Shown: piece after piece, positions 52,483-64,000 of the stretch
How positions within the stretch are numbered: the first letter of the stretch is position 1
Layout: the number at the start of each line of letters is the position of its first letter
From: Steroidobacteraceae bacterium
Lineage (GTDB): Bacteria > Pseudomonadota > Gammaproteobacteria > Steroidobacterales > Steroidobacteraceae
Assembly (NCBI GenBank): GCA_035624075.1
Contig: DASPSF010000007.1
Span: 4,195 to 68,194, forward strand
Direction: 5' to 3'
Length of the DNA stretch: 64,000 nt
The notes under the pieces: generated by a model
Seen by the model: only the letters and a program-made list of their open reading frames with translations
Told to the model about the DNA's origin: nothing
Databases searched by the model: none
Made by a program: the position numbers and the translations under genes

Positions 52483-54111
52483 ATGAGCGACACCCTCGGT
52501 ATCGCGCTCGCGCAGATCAACCTTCTCGTTGGCGACGTCCAGGGCAACGCCGCGCGGGTGATCGCCGCGGCGCGCGGCGCCCACGCGGAGCTCGGTGCCG
52601 ACCTGGTGCTCCTGCCCGAGCTCGCGCTCAGCGGCTATCCGCCCGAGGACCTGCTGTTCCATCGCGGCTTCCGCCGTCAGATCGAGGCGGGGCTCGCGCG
52701 CGTGCGTGCCGAGGCCGGCCCGGCGGCGGTGATGCTGGGCTTCCCGGAGTACGCGCGCGGGGCGATCTACAACTCCGCGGCGCTGATCGCCGCGGGTGAG
52801 GTCGCGGCCATCCACCGCAAGGCGGAGCTGCCCAACTACAAGGTGTTCGACGAGAAGCGCTACTTCCGCGCCGGGACGCAGCCCACCGTCGTCGAGGTGC
52901 AGGGCTTTCGGGTGGGGCTGCTGGTGTGCGAGGACATCTGGCAGCCGGAAGCGGCGCAACTCGCGCGCGCCGCCGGCGCGGAGCTGCTCGCGGTGATCAA
53001 CGCCTCGCCGTACGAGATCCACAAGCAGCGCGAACGCGAGGACATCGCCCGTTCGCGCGTCACCGACGTGGGCCTGCCGCTGGCCTACGTGAATCTCGTC
53101 GGCGGCCAGGACGAGCTGGTGTTCGACGGCAACTCGTTCGTCATGAACGCCCAGGGCGAGGTCGTGCTGCGGGCGCCGCCCTTCGAGGAGGGCAGCTTTG
53201 CGGCGCGCTTCGAGCGCGACGCCCGCGGCAGGGTGGCGCCGCGCGCCGGACACGTGGCGCCCGAGCTCAGCGACGAGGCGAGCGTCTACCGCGCGCTCAC
53301 GCTCGGCGTGCGTGACTACGTCGGCAAGCACGGCTTTCCGGGAGTCGTCATGGGGCTGTCGGGTGGCGTGGATTCCGCCCTGACGCTCGCGATCGCGGTG
53401 GACGCGCTCGGCGCCGAGCGCGTGCAGGCGGTGATGATGCCGTCGCGCTATACCTCATCGATGAGCCTCGAGGATGCCGCGGAGCAGGCGCGCGGCCTGG
53501 GGGTCCGCTACAGCGTGCTGCCGATCGAGGCCATGTTCGAGAGCACACTGGCGACGCTCGCGGACGAGTTCGCCGGCCGCGAGCCCGACGCCACCGAGGA
53601 GAACATCCAGTCCCGCTGCCGCATGCTGCTGCTCATGGGCATCTCCAACAAGACGGGCCGCATGCTGCTGACCACCGGCAACAAGAGCGAGATGGCGGTC
53701 GGCTACGCCACGCTCTACGGCGACATGGCGGGTGGTTTTGCGCCCATCAAGGACTGCAGCAAGGGACTCGTGTATCGCCTGGCGGCCTATCGCAACTCGC
53801 TCTCGCGGGTCATTCCGCAGCGCGTGATCGACCGGCCGCCCTCGGCGGAGCTGCGCCCGGGACAGCAGGACTCCGACTCACTGCCGCCCTACGAGGTTCT
53901 CGATCCGATCCTGGAGGCGTTCATCGAGGAAGACCTGTCGGTGGATGAGATCGAGGCGCGCGGCTTCGAGCGCGCGACCGTCGCGAGGGTGCTCGATCTG
54001 GTGAAGCGCAACGAATACAAGCGCCGCCAGGCGCCCCCGGGCGTGCGGGTGAGCCGCCGCGCCTTCGGCCGCGACTGGCGCTATCCGATCACGAGCGGTT
54101 ATCGGCGCTGA
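52483..54111 (+). CDS. nadE: glutamine-dependent NAD+ synthetase
   Basis: Internal ATG at 52483. N-terminal CN-hydrolase domain (LLPELALSGYPPEDL, LLVCEDIW) and C-terminal NAD synthase domain (GLSGGVDSAL). Confidence 0.92.
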   Translation: MSDTLGIALAQINLLVGDVQGNAARVIAAARGAHAELGADLVLLPELALSGYPPEDLLFHRGFRRQIEAGLARVRAEAGPAAVMLGFPEYARGAIYNSAALIAAGEVAAIHRKAELPNYKVFDEKRYFRAGTQPTVVEVQGFRVGLLVCEDIWQPEAAQLARAAGAELLAVINASPYEIHKQREREDIARSRVTDVGLPLAYVNLVGGQDELVFDGNSFVMNAQGEVVLRAPPFEEGSFAARFERDARGRVAPRAGHVAPELSDEASVYRALTLGVRDYVGKHGFPGVVMGLSGGVDSALTLAIAVDALGAERVQAVMMPSRYTSSMSLEDAAEQARGLGVRYSVLPIEAMFESTLATLADEFAGREPDATEENIQSRCRMLLLMGISNKTGRMLLTTGNKSEMAVGYATLYGDMAGGFAPIKDCSKGLVYRLAAYRNSLSRVIPQRVIDRPPSAELRPGQQDSDSLPPYEVLDPILEAFIEEDLSVDEIEARGFERATVARVLDLVKRNEYKRRQAPPGVRVSRRAFGRDWRYPITSGYRR

Positions 54112-54130
54112 GGCGCGCGTCCCGCGGCCG

Positions 54131-54931
54131 CTACCAGAACTTCCACCACGAGCGCTTGGCGACGGCCGCGTACTCGCGCACCTCGGCGGAGAAGTTGGCC
54201 GCGTACACCTCGCGCGACTGCGCCGCGAGCGGCTCGAGTCCCAGCTTGTCGTAGCACTCGATCATGATGGCGAGCGCCTCCTTCACGGCGGGCGCCCCCT
54301 CGTACTGATCCACCACGCCCCGGGCGCGCTGGGCCGCCGCCACGTAGGCGCCGCGCTTGAGGTAATAGCGCGCGACGTGCACGTCGTAGCTCGCGAGGCG
54401 GTCGCGCAGGTACACCATGCGCTGCAGCGCATCGTGGGCGTACTCGCTCTTCGGGTACTGCTCGACCACGATCTTGAAGGAGGCGAAGGACTTGCGCGCG
54501 TCGCTCGGCGGGCGCTGAGTGAGATCGGCGCGAAATATGCGCTCGATCGCATTCGGCGTGCGCTCGAAGTCGACCATGCCCTTCATGTAGTAGGCATAGT
54601 CGACGCGCGGGTGGGTCGGATTCTCGCGAATGAAGGCATCGGCGGCGTCGGTGGCCGACTCCTTCTCGCCGGCGCGGTAATATGCGTAGATGAGATCGAT
54701 GCGCGCCTGGCGCGCCTCGTCAGTGAAGGGAAAGCGCGCGGTGAGCGCCTCATAAGCCTTGATGGCGCCGTTGAAGTCGTTGTTCGCGAGGTCTTTCTTC
54801 GCCGTCTTGAAGAGCTGCTCGGGCGTCTGCTTCGCGAGCGCCTTGGCGCGGTGGGAGCTGCAGCCGCTGACGGCAAGCAGCACCACGCACAATGCGACCA
54901 GGCCGCCGCGTACCGGACCGGACAATTGCAT
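54131..54931 (-). CDS. bamD: outer membrane protein assembly factor BamD
   Basis: Internal ATG at 54931 of ORF 54131..55879. 266 aa with lipobox LLAVSGCSS and TPR-like repeats. Divergent from rluD, as in E. coli. Confidence 0.88.
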   Translation of the reverse strand: MQLSGPVRGGLVALCVVLLAVSGCSSHRAKALAKQTPEQLFKTAKKDLANNDFNGAIKAYEALTARFPFTDEARQARIDLIYAYYRAGEKESATDAADAFIRENPTHPRVDYAYYMKGMVDFERTPNAIERIFRADLTQRPPSDARKSFASFKIVVEQYPKSEYAHDALQRMVYLRDRLASYDVHVARYYLKRGAYVAAAQRARGVVDQYEGAPAVKEALAIMIECYDKLGLEPLAAQSREVYAANFSAEVREYAAVAKRSWWKFW

Positions 54932-54964
54932 CTGGAAAAGGCCTCTTGTTTGGCTTCGCGCCGA

Positions 54965-55984
54965 GTGAATCGGAGAAGTATAGCGAATCTCCCGGCTGGG
55001 CTTCCGACCACCGCTCCCCCGGCCGAGTTCCGCTCGCATGAGCTCGAGCTGCCCGCCGCGGCGGCGGGCCTGCGGTTCGACCAGGCGCTGGCGCGTGCCC
55101 TGCCGCAGTACTCGCGCGCGCAGCTCAAGACCTGGATCGAATCCGGTGCGGCGCGCGCCGAGGGACGCCCGCTGCGGGGCAAGGATCGGGTGCTCGGTGG
55201 GGAGCGGGTGCGCATCCACGCGCAGCTGGCAAACGTGACGGAAGTGGTGGCCGAGAAGCTGCCGCTCACCGTCGTCTTCAGGGATCGCGCGCTGCTCGTG
55301 ATCGACAAGCCGGCAGGAATGGTGGTGCACCCTGGAGCGGGCAATCCGCGCCATACGCTGCAAAACGCCCTGCTCGGGCTCGATCCGAAGCTCGCGCTGG
55401 TGCCCCGCGCGGGCCTGGTCCACCGGCTCGACAAGGACACGTCGGGGCTGCTGGTGGTGGCGCGCACGCCCGAAGCGCACACCGCGCTCGTGGCGGCACT
55501 CGCGGCGCGGGAAATCACCCGGCAGTACCTCGCGGTCTGTACCGGAGTGATGACCGCAGGCGGCACGATCGATGAGCCGATCGGCCGGCACCGCTCGCAG
55601 CGCACCCGCATGGCCGTGCGCCGCGACGGCCGCCCGGCGGTCACGCACTACCGGGTGCTCGAGCGCTTTCGCGCCCACACGCTGGTGCGGGCCGAGCTCG
55701 AGTCGGGACGTACCCACCAGATCCGCGTGCACCTGGCGCACATCGGCTTCCCCGTGGTGGGCGACCCGCTCTATGGCGGGCGACGGCGCATCCCTGCCGG
55801 TTGCACACCGGCGCTCGCCGCGGCGCTCGGCGCCTTCCACCGCCAGGCGCTGCACGCCGAGCGCCTCGCGCTCACCCACCCGCTGACGGGCCGACGGATG
55901 GAATGGCAGGCGCCGCTGCCCGCGGACCTGCAGAGCCTGCTCGCGTCGCTCGGGCAGGATGCGGCGTCAGCGGCGCTGCGGTGA
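54965..55984 (+). CDS. rluD: 23S rRNA pseudouridine(1911/1915/1917) synthase RluD
   Basis: GTG at 54965 is the only plausible start in frame. S4 domain (RFDQALARALPQYSRAQLKTWI), catalytic HRLDKDTSGLLVVA and GRTHQIRVHL. Confidence 0.85.
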   Translation: MNRRSIANLPAGLPTTAPPAEFRSHELELPAAAAGLRFDQALARALPQYSRAQLKTWIESGAARAEGRPLRGKDRVLGGERVRIHAQLANVTEVVAEKLPLTVVFRDRALLVIDKPAGMVVHPGAGNPRHTLQNALLGLDPKLALVPRAGLVHRLDKDTSGLLVVARTPEAHTALVAALAAREITRQYLAVCTGVMTAGGTIDEPIGRHRSQRTRMAVRRDGRPAVTHYRVLERFRAHTLVRAELESGRTHQIRVHLAHIGFPVVGDPLYGGRRRIPAGCTPALAAALGAFHRQALHAERLALTHPLTGRRMEWQAPLPADLQSLLASLGQDAASAALR

Positions 55985-56724
55985 CGGCGGCGCCTCAGGT
56001 CCTGACGCCCGAGTGGCGCGCACCGCGCGGCGTGCGGGCGGCCTTCACACTGCGCGGCGGCGGCGTGAGCGCGGCTCCCTTCGACTCGCTCAACCTCGGC
56101 GCTCACGTCGGCGACAGCGCGGCCGCCGTCGCCGAGAACCGGCGCCGCGTGCGTGAGGGGCTGAGCCTCCCGGCCGAGCCCGCCTGGCTCGAGCAGGTGC
56201 ACGGGACGCGAGTGGCGGATCTCGATGCGGCTCCCGAGACCCGGTCGGCGGCTGATGCCGTCATCACGCGGACTCCGGGCCGGGTGTGTGCGGTTCAGGT
56301 TGCCGACTGCATGCCGGTCCTCATCGCCGCCCGGGATGCCTCCGCCGTGGCGGTGGCGCACGCGGGGTGGCGCGGCCTCGCCGCGGGCGTGCTCGAAGCC
56401 ACGGTGGCGCGACTCGGTGTGGCCGCGGGACAGCTGATCGCCTGGCTCGGGCCGGCGATCTCGGCGCGGCACTTCGAAGTCGGCGACGAAGTTCGCGCCG
56501 CATTTCTCGAGCCCGATCCCGGCGCCGCGGCGGCATTCGTCCGGAACGAGCGCGGCCGCTGGCAGTGTGACCTCGCGGCTCTCGCCCGGCGGCGGCTCGC
56601 CGCTCTCGGCCTCACGGAGGTCGCGGGCGGCAGCTGGTGCACCTACGCCGACCCCGTACGATTTTTCTCCTTCCGGCGCGACGGACGCTGCGGCCGGATG
56701 GCCGCGCTCATCTGGCTCGAGTAA
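55981..56724 (+). CDS. pgeF: peptidoglycan editing factor PgeF (YfiH, laccase-domain protein)
   Basis: GTG at 55981 (GTGA overlap with rluD). FTLRGGGVSAAPFDSLNLGAHVGD, VADCMPVL, HAGWRG, and the C-terminal motif SFRRDG. Confidence 0.85.
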   Translation: MTAAPQVLTPEWRAPRGVRAAFTLRGGGVSAAPFDSLNLGAHVGDSAAAVAENRRRVREGLSLPAEPAWLEQVHGTRVADLDAAPETRSAADAVITRTPGRVCAVQVADCMPVLIAARDASAVAVAHAGWRGLAAGVLEATVARLGVAAGQLIAWLGPAISARHFEVGDEVRAAFLEPDPGAAAAFVRNERGRWQCDLAALARRRLAALGLTEVAGGSWCTYADPVRFFSFRRDGRCGRMAALIWLE

Positions 56725-56914
56725 CGGACTGGCGATGGCGGATGCCGGCGTCGCGGGCGCACAACAGCATCCATGACGCCCTTGATGGTCTGCTCATCGC
56801 CGGCGCTGCGCGCACCAGCTCGTTCCACGTGGGATTTGCGATTGAGTTCGCGAATCCGCGCTGTCCGACCGGGTAGTATTTGACGTAATTCCGCACACAC
56901 GGTACCAGGACGCT

Positions 56915-58810
56915 ATGCTCAAGTGGTTGGATGCCCGCGAGGCGACCGCGGCGGGAGCTGCTCTCGCAGACGAATTCTATCTGCAGTCGGCCTCGAAGCT
57001 GCCGCGCGCCCGTGCCAGGGACGCCGGGCAGCGCCCGCAGGAGCCGGAGCTGCAGAAATTCCTGCAGAAGTTTCTGCAGCGGGTCGACCAGGCCGCCCGC
57101 CCGCTCAAACTGAATGTCTTCAAGCGAGCTAAGCTCGCCAACTCCTTCAAGTGGCGGCTGCTCGAGAAAGGGGTCGCGCACGAGCTGGTTGACGAGCTGA
57201 CCCGGGCGCTGGTGTTGCGGATGACCGGCGCCGACGCAGGCGCCGTTGCGCCCGAGCGCGGCTCCGGCTCCGGCAGCCGTCGCAGTGCCCGTGAAGCTCG
57301 CTCCCTGCATGCCACGGCCCACGAGCAGGTCGCCCGGGGCGCGTTCGCCGAAGCCCGCGAATCCTACCAGCAACTGGTGAATCTCGATCCGCGCGACGCG
57401 CTCGCGCGCAACGGCCTTGGCATAGCCTTGTTCAAGTTGTCGCGTTACGAGGAGGCCGAGGCGGAACTGCGCCGTGCAATTGGCCTCAGGTCGGGGTACC
57501 CGGAGGCGCACTTCAATCTGGCGGCGGTACTGCAGGCGACCGGCCGGTACCACGAATCGGAGATGCCGTTGCGTCGAGCCTTGAAGCTGAAACCGGCGTA
57601 CGTCAACGCGCGCATCAGTCTCGGCACGACCTGCATGCACCTCGGGCGCCTCGCGGAGGCGCGGACCTGCTACGAGAAGGCGTTACGTGCCGCGCCGCGC
57701 AGTACCCAGGCCCGGGTCGGCATCGGACTGATCGACAGTCTGGAGGGGCGCTTTACCGAAGCGGAGGCCGCCTACCGGCAGGCGCTCGAGATCGAACCGA
57801 GTGCATCCTACGCCTGGGCGGCACTGGTGTGGCTGCGCAGAATGACACCCGCCGATTCCGAATGGGTGAAGCGCGCGGAGGAAATCGCCGCCGGCGGTCT
57901 CGACGCCGTCAACGAGGCCACGCTGCGGTTTGCGATCGGCAAATATTACGACGACGTAGGTGATTTCGGCCGCGCCTTCCGCAACTACCAGCGGGCCAAC
58001 GAGTTGAACAAGCTGCGTACCGTGCCTTACGACCGGGAGGATCGCACCCGCGTCGTCAACGATACGGTGCGCATCTTCACTCCCGAGGCGCTCGCGCCAC
58101 AGGCAGGCGCCTCGGACTCGGCGCGGCCGGTGTTCGTCGTCGGGATGCCGCGTTCGGGTACCTCTCTGGTCGAGCAGATCATCGCTTCGCATCCGGAAGC
58201 GTGGGGTGCGGGGGAGCTGGACTTCTGGCAGCTCGCGGCGCGCGGGCACCACCAGGAGGTGCTCGATGAGGCACTGCGCCGGCGACTCGCAGAGGACTAT
58301 CTGAAGGTGCTCACGGCGCAATCCGCCGATGCGCGGCGCGTGGTGGACAAGGCGCCGGTCAACACTGATTACCTGGGGCTGATTCATTCCGTGTTTCCCA
58401 ATGCCCGCATGATCTACCTGCGGCGCGACCCGATTGACACGTGTTTATCTTGCTTCTTCCAGCAGTTCCCGCCGGCGATGAACTACACCTTGGATCTGTC
58501 GGACCTGGCACATTACTACCGGGAGCACCGCCGGCTGGTCGATCACTGGCGCCGCGTTCTGCCTGCGGCGACGTTGCTCGAAGTCCCCTACGCGGAGCTG
58601 GTTTCGGACCAGGAGACCTGGTCGCGCCGGATTCTCGAATTCATCGGGCTGGCGTGGGATGAGCGCTGCCTCGAGTTTTACCGGACCACTCGCGCCGTCA
58701 ACACTGCCAGCGTCTGGCAGGTTCGCCAGAAGATCTATAAGAGGTCGGTCGAGCGCTGGCGCAACTACGAGAAGTTCATCGGCCCCCTGAAGGGCCTCGC
58801 CGATCTCTAG
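56915..58810 (+). CDS. TPR-repeat protein fused to a C-terminal sulfotransferase domain (second paralog)
   Basis: 631 aa. About 110 aa of unknown N-terminal region, then at least 5 TPR repeats (NGLGIALFKLSRYEEAEAELRRAIGL...), then a sulfotransferase domain VFVVGMPRSGTSLVEQII and NTASVWQVRQKIY. Confidence 0.8.
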   Translation: MLKWLDAREATAAGAALADEFYLQSASKLPRARARDAGQRPQEPELQKFLQKFLQRVDQAARPLKLNVFKRAKLANSFKWRLLEKGVAHELVDELTRALVLRMTGADAGAVAPERGSGSGSRRSAREARSLHATAHEQVARGAFAEARESYQQLVNLDPRDALARNGLGIALFKLSRYEEAEAELRRAIGLRSGYPEAHFNLAAVLQATGRYHESEMPLRRALKLKPAYVNARISLGTTCMHLGRLAEARTCYEKALRAAPRSTQARVGIGLIDSLEGRFTEAEAAYRQALEIEPSASYAWAALVWLRRMTPADSEWVKRAEEIAAGGLDAVNEATLRFAIGKYYDDVGDFGRAFRNYQRANELNKLRTVPYDREDRTRVVNDTVRIFTPEALAPQAGASDSARPVFVVGMPRSGTSLVEQIIASHPEAWGAGELDFWQLAARGHHQEVLDEALRRRLAEDYLKVLTAQSADARRVVDKAPVNTDYLGLIHSVFPNARMIYLRRDPIDTCLSCFFQQFPPAMNYTLDLSDLAHYYREHRRLVDHWRRVLPAATLLEVPYAELVSDQETWSRRILEFIGLAWDERCLEFYRTTRAVNTASVWQVRQKIYKRSVERWRNYEKFIGPLKGLADL

Positions 58811-58887
58811 GGCCAGGATGCCCGTGGCTGGCACGGGCCGCCTGCGGCTGAGGGACGCGGCTGCGGCTCTTGCGCTATCCTCGCAGC

Positions 58888-58918
58888 CCCTTGAACGGAC
58901 TGCGGTTTGGCCCCACAA
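58888..58918 (+). promoter_or_regulatory. sigma32 (heat-shock) promoter of clpB
   Basis: CCCTTGAA (58888-58895), a 15-nt spacer, then CCCCACAA (58911-58918), compared with the consensus CTTGAAA-N13-17-CCCCATNT. It lies about 35 nt upstream of the clpB ATG. Confidence 0.65.
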
Positions 58919-58952
58919 ACCGAGCACCCAAGCCTTTTAGGGCGAGGTTCCC

Positions 58953-61550
<2,598 letters not shown>

Positions 61551-61644
61551 AGCCGCGCGCTGCGACGGTTACGGCCGCCGGAGGCGTGCGCGCGTCCGTT
61601 ATACTCCTCGATCAGTTGGTTTCAGCACATTCCGACATCCACCC

Positions 61645-62043
61645 ATGCCTTTCTACGAGTACGAATGCCAGGCCTGCAAGTTCTACACCGAGGTCATGCA
61701 GAAGATCAGCGACGCGCCGCTGACCAAGTGCCCTTCCTGCGGCAAGCGGCGGCTGAAGAAGCTGGTGTCGGCTCCGGTGTTTCGCCTCAAGGGCGGCGGT
61801 TGGTACGAGACCGACTTCAAGTCCGACAAGGAGGAGAAGCGCAACCTTTCGGGCCCGGATAAAGAGGAGCCGAAGGCGGAGAGCAAGCCGGAGGCCAAGG
61901 AGGGCAAGGCCGAGGCGAAGGAGGCCAAGGCGGCGGAGGCCAAGGCGCCCCAACCCAAGGCGCCGGAGCCGAAGTTCGCAGGCGCCGGACGGCGTCCGGG
62001 CAAGAGCGCCCGCGCCAGGAGCAAGCGGCGCCCGCGGCGTTAG
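61645..62043 (+). CDS. FmdB-family zinc-ribbon protein with a Lys/Glu/Ala/Pro-rich tail
   Basis: MPFYEYECQACKFYTEVMQKISDAPLTKCPSCG (CxxC...CxxC), then the low-complexity tail KEEPKAESKPEAKEGKAEAKEAKAAEAKAPQPKAPEPK and a basic C-terminus. Confidence 0.8.
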   Translation: MPFYEYECQACKFYTEVMQKISDAPLTKCPSCGKRRLKKLVSAPVFRLKGGGWYETDFKSDKEEKRNLSGPDKEEPKAESKPEAKEGKAEAKEAKAAEAKAPQPKAPEPKFAGAGRRPGKSARARSKRRPRR

Positions 62044-62069
62044 GCAGCGCCGCCGCGAAGGAGAAACCC

Positions 62070-62747
62070 ATGCCACCGACCGAGAACGCGAAGAAGCCGG
62101 ACGGTGCTCCGAGGAAAAGAGTGCTGCGGCGCTATCTGGTCGCAGGGGTCCTCGTGTGGCTGCCGATCCTCGCCACCATCTGGGTGGTGGATTTCATGCT
62201 GCACCTCATGGACCGGACGCTGCTGCTGCTGCCGCCGGCCTACCGGCCGGAGGCGCTGCTCGGGTTCTCGATCCCGGGCGCGGGGCTGGTGCTGGCGCTC
62301 ATCGTGCTGCTGCTCACCGGGCTGCTGGTCACCAACCTCATCGGGCGCCGCCTGGTGGTGTGGGGCGAGGAGCTCCTGAACCGCATTCCGGTGGTGCGCA
62401 GCGTGTACGGCGGCGTCAAGAGCTTTGCCGAGAGCGTCTTCTCGCAATCCAACTCGTTTCGCAAGGTGGTGATGGTGGAGTATCCGCGCGAAGGCGCCTG
62501 GAGCATCGGCTTTCTCACCGCCGAGGACGTGCCGGAGGTCAGCCAGAAGACCGGCGAGAACCACGTGGCCGTGTACGTCTCCTCCGCGCTCAATGCCACC
62601 GCCGGCTGGCTCATCGTCGTTCCGCGGCGCATGGTGCGCGAGCTCGACATGTCGGTGGACGCGGCGCTCAAGATGATCATCACCTGCGGCGTGGTCGTGC
62701 CGCCCCACCCGGCGGTGAAGCCGCAGGTGGCCAAGCCCGCGGCCTGA
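62070..62747 (+). CDS. DUF502 family membrane protein
   Basis: 225 aa with two N-terminal TM segments (YLVAGVLVWLPILATIWVV; GAGLVLALIVLLLTGLLV) and IPVVRSVYGGVKSF, as I remember for DUF502. Confidence 0.75.
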   Translation: MPPTENAKKPDGAPRKRVLRRYLVAGVLVWLPILATIWVVDFMLHLMDRTLLLLPPAYRPEALLGFSIPGAGLVLALIVLLLTGLLVTNLIGRRLVVWGEELLNRIPVVRSVYGGVKSFAESVFSQSNSFRKVVMVEYPREGAWSIGFLTAEDVPEVSQKTGENHVAVYVSSALNATAGWLIVVPRRMVRELDMSVDAALKMIITCGVVVPPHPAVKPQVAKPAA

Positions 62748-62753
62748 AGATCC

Positions 62754-63749
62754 GTGAAGGCGATGCGCCTCACCGCGCGCGGCGCGCCCCTCGAGCTCAC
62801 CGAGCTCTCACTGCCCCCGCCCGGCGAGCACGAGATCCTCATCGCCGTCGAGGCCTGCGGCGTCTGCCGCACGGATCTGCACGTGCTGGACGGCGAGCTG
62901 CCCGACATCCATATCCCCCTCACTCCCGGCCACGAGATCGTCGGCCGCGTGCTCGCGGCCGGCGCGGGAGTCGAGCGCTTGGCTCCCGGCGACCGGGTGG
63001 GCGTGCCGTGGCTCGCTCACACCTGCGGGGTCTGCCCCTATTGCCGCTGCGGGCGGGAGAACCTGTGCGTCAACGCGCGCTTCACCGGCTACACCCGCGA
63101 CGGCGGCTATGCCGAGCAGGCGCTCGCCGATGCGCGCTACTGTCTGCCACTGCCCGAAGGGCCGGCCGCGGAGCTCGCGCCGCTCCTGTGCGCCGGGCTC
63201 ATCGGCTATCGCGCCTATCGAGCCGCGGGGGAGGCAGCCAATCTCGGGCTGTACGGTTTTGGCGCCGCGGCGCACCTGCTCGCCCAGGTGGCGCGCTTCG
63301 AAGGCCGGCGCGTGTTCGCCTTCACGCGAGCGGGCGACGTTGCGGCCCAGCGCTTTGCGCTCGAGCTCGGTGCGGTGTGGGCCGGCGGATCGGATGAGCG
63401 GCCGCCGGAGCTCCTCGACGCCGCGATTCTGTTCGCGCCCGTCGGGGCGCTCATTCCCGCGGCGCTCGCCGCCGTGCGCCCGGCGGGGCGGGTGGTGTGC
63501 GCGGGTATCCACATGAGCGATATACCGGCCTTCCCCTACCGGCTGCTGTGGGGCGAGCGGCAGGTGTCATCGGTCGCCAATCTCACGCGGCGCGACGGCG
63601 AGGAGTTCATGGCACTCACCCGGCGGCTCGAGCTCAAATCGCAGGTCGAGCGCTTTGCGCTCGGCGACGCCAACCTGGCGCTCGAGCGGCTGCGCAGCGG
63701 CGCGGTCACCGGGGCCGCGGTGCTGGAAATGCCCGCGCCGGCTACGTAA
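62754..63749 (+). CDS. zinc-binding alcohol dehydrogenase family protein
   Basis: 331 aa: [20 protein letters not shown], structural-zinc Cys cluster [15 protein letters not shown], and Rossmann motif [10 protein letters not shown]. Confidence 0.85.
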   Translation: MKAMRLTARGAPLELTELSLPPPGEHEILIAVEACGVCRTDLHVLDGELPDIHIPLTPGHEIVGRVLAAGAGVERLAPGDRVGVPWLAHTCGVCPYCRCGRENLCVNARFTGYTRDGGYAEQALADARYCLPLPEGPAAELAPLLCAGLIGYRAYRAAGEAANLGLYGFGAAAHLLAQVARFEGRRVFAFTRAGDVAAQRFALELGAVWAGGSDERPPELLDAAILFAPVGALIPAALAAVRPAGRVVCAGIHMSDIPAFPYRLLWGERQVSSVANLTRRDGEEFMALTRRLELKSQVERFALGDANLALERLRSGAVTGAAVLEMPAPAT

Positions 63750-63763
63750 CATCGCGCGCCTCA

Positions 63764-64000
63764 TGCGCTCACATTACTGCGGACAGGTCAACGAGCAGCT
63801 CCTCGGCCGCGAGGTCACGGTCGCCGGCTGGGTGCACCGCCGCCGCGACCACGGCGGCGTCATTTTCGTCGACCTGCGGGACCGCGAGGGACTGCTGCAG
63901 ATCGTCTTCAACCCGGAGCGGGGCGAGGTGTTCGCGGAAGCCGAGCGGCTGCGCAACGAGTACGTGGTGAGCTGCACCGGCACGGTGCGCGAGCGCCCGG
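63764..64000 (+). CDS. aspS: aspartate--tRNA ligase (5' fragment, continues past the window end)
   Basis: Absent from the ORF track because no stop falls in the window. My translation from ATG 63764 gives [52 protein letters not shown]..., the canonical AspRS N-terminal OB-fold. Confidence 0.9.

Noticed and set aside
51858-53331. Minus-strand ORFs of 229 and 405 aa overlapping the sucD tail and nadE
   Set aside because: They are antisense to nadE, which has CN-hydrolase and SGGVDS motifs. They give low-complexity Arg/Ala translations and do not provide an alternative explanation for the sucD extension.

Overview
This window is a densely packed, almost entirely core-genome stretch of a high-GC chromosome. 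Gene order resembles Pseudomonas and Xanthomonadales-type Gammaproteobacteria, which is an inference from synteny only. I could support about 56 protein genes, one RNase P RNA, one riboswitch and several promoters and terminators.

Gene content, left to right:
- A minus-strand unit carrying a DegS/AlgW-like protease, pgl, a PKHD hydroxylase, a TPR-sulfotransferase and a PF13759-like oxygenase-fold gene.
- petABC (cytochrome bc1), sspAB and rnpB.
- A nitronate monooxygenase-like gene with rsmI, divergent from lpoA-yraN.
- The complete dcw cluster, mraZ through lpxC, at 13.2-31.9 kb.
- dciA, a c-di-GMP-I riboswitch, an M23 peptidase, secA and mutT.
- A small unknown protein followed by a prolyl oligopeptidase lipoprotein.
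- A ten-gene minus-strand type IV pilus block: pilS-pilR-pilA-pilB-pilC-pilD-coaE-zapD-yacG plus a pilin-accessory-like gene.
- sucCD, nadE, bamD, rluD-pgeF, a second TPR-sulfotransferase, clpB, an FmdB-like zinc-ribbon gene, a DUF502 gene, a Zn-ADH gene and the 5' end of aspS.

I found no mobile elements, CRISPR arrays, defence islands, tRNA genes or rRNA genes. I did not see a large undescribed multi-gene system.

The most interesting signals:
1. A GEMM-I-like (c-di-GMP-I) aptamer sits in the leader of the M23 peptidase gene, back-to-back with dciA.
2. Two paralogous TPR-sulfotransferase genes are present. One lies in an operon with two oxygenase-fold genes. The other is inserted into the conserved bamD-rluD-pgeF-clpB block.
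3. A small Gly/Pro-tailed protein appears translationally coupled to a prolyl oligopeptidase.

Many long alternative-frame and antisense ORFs in the supplied track are high-GC artefacts and were rejected.
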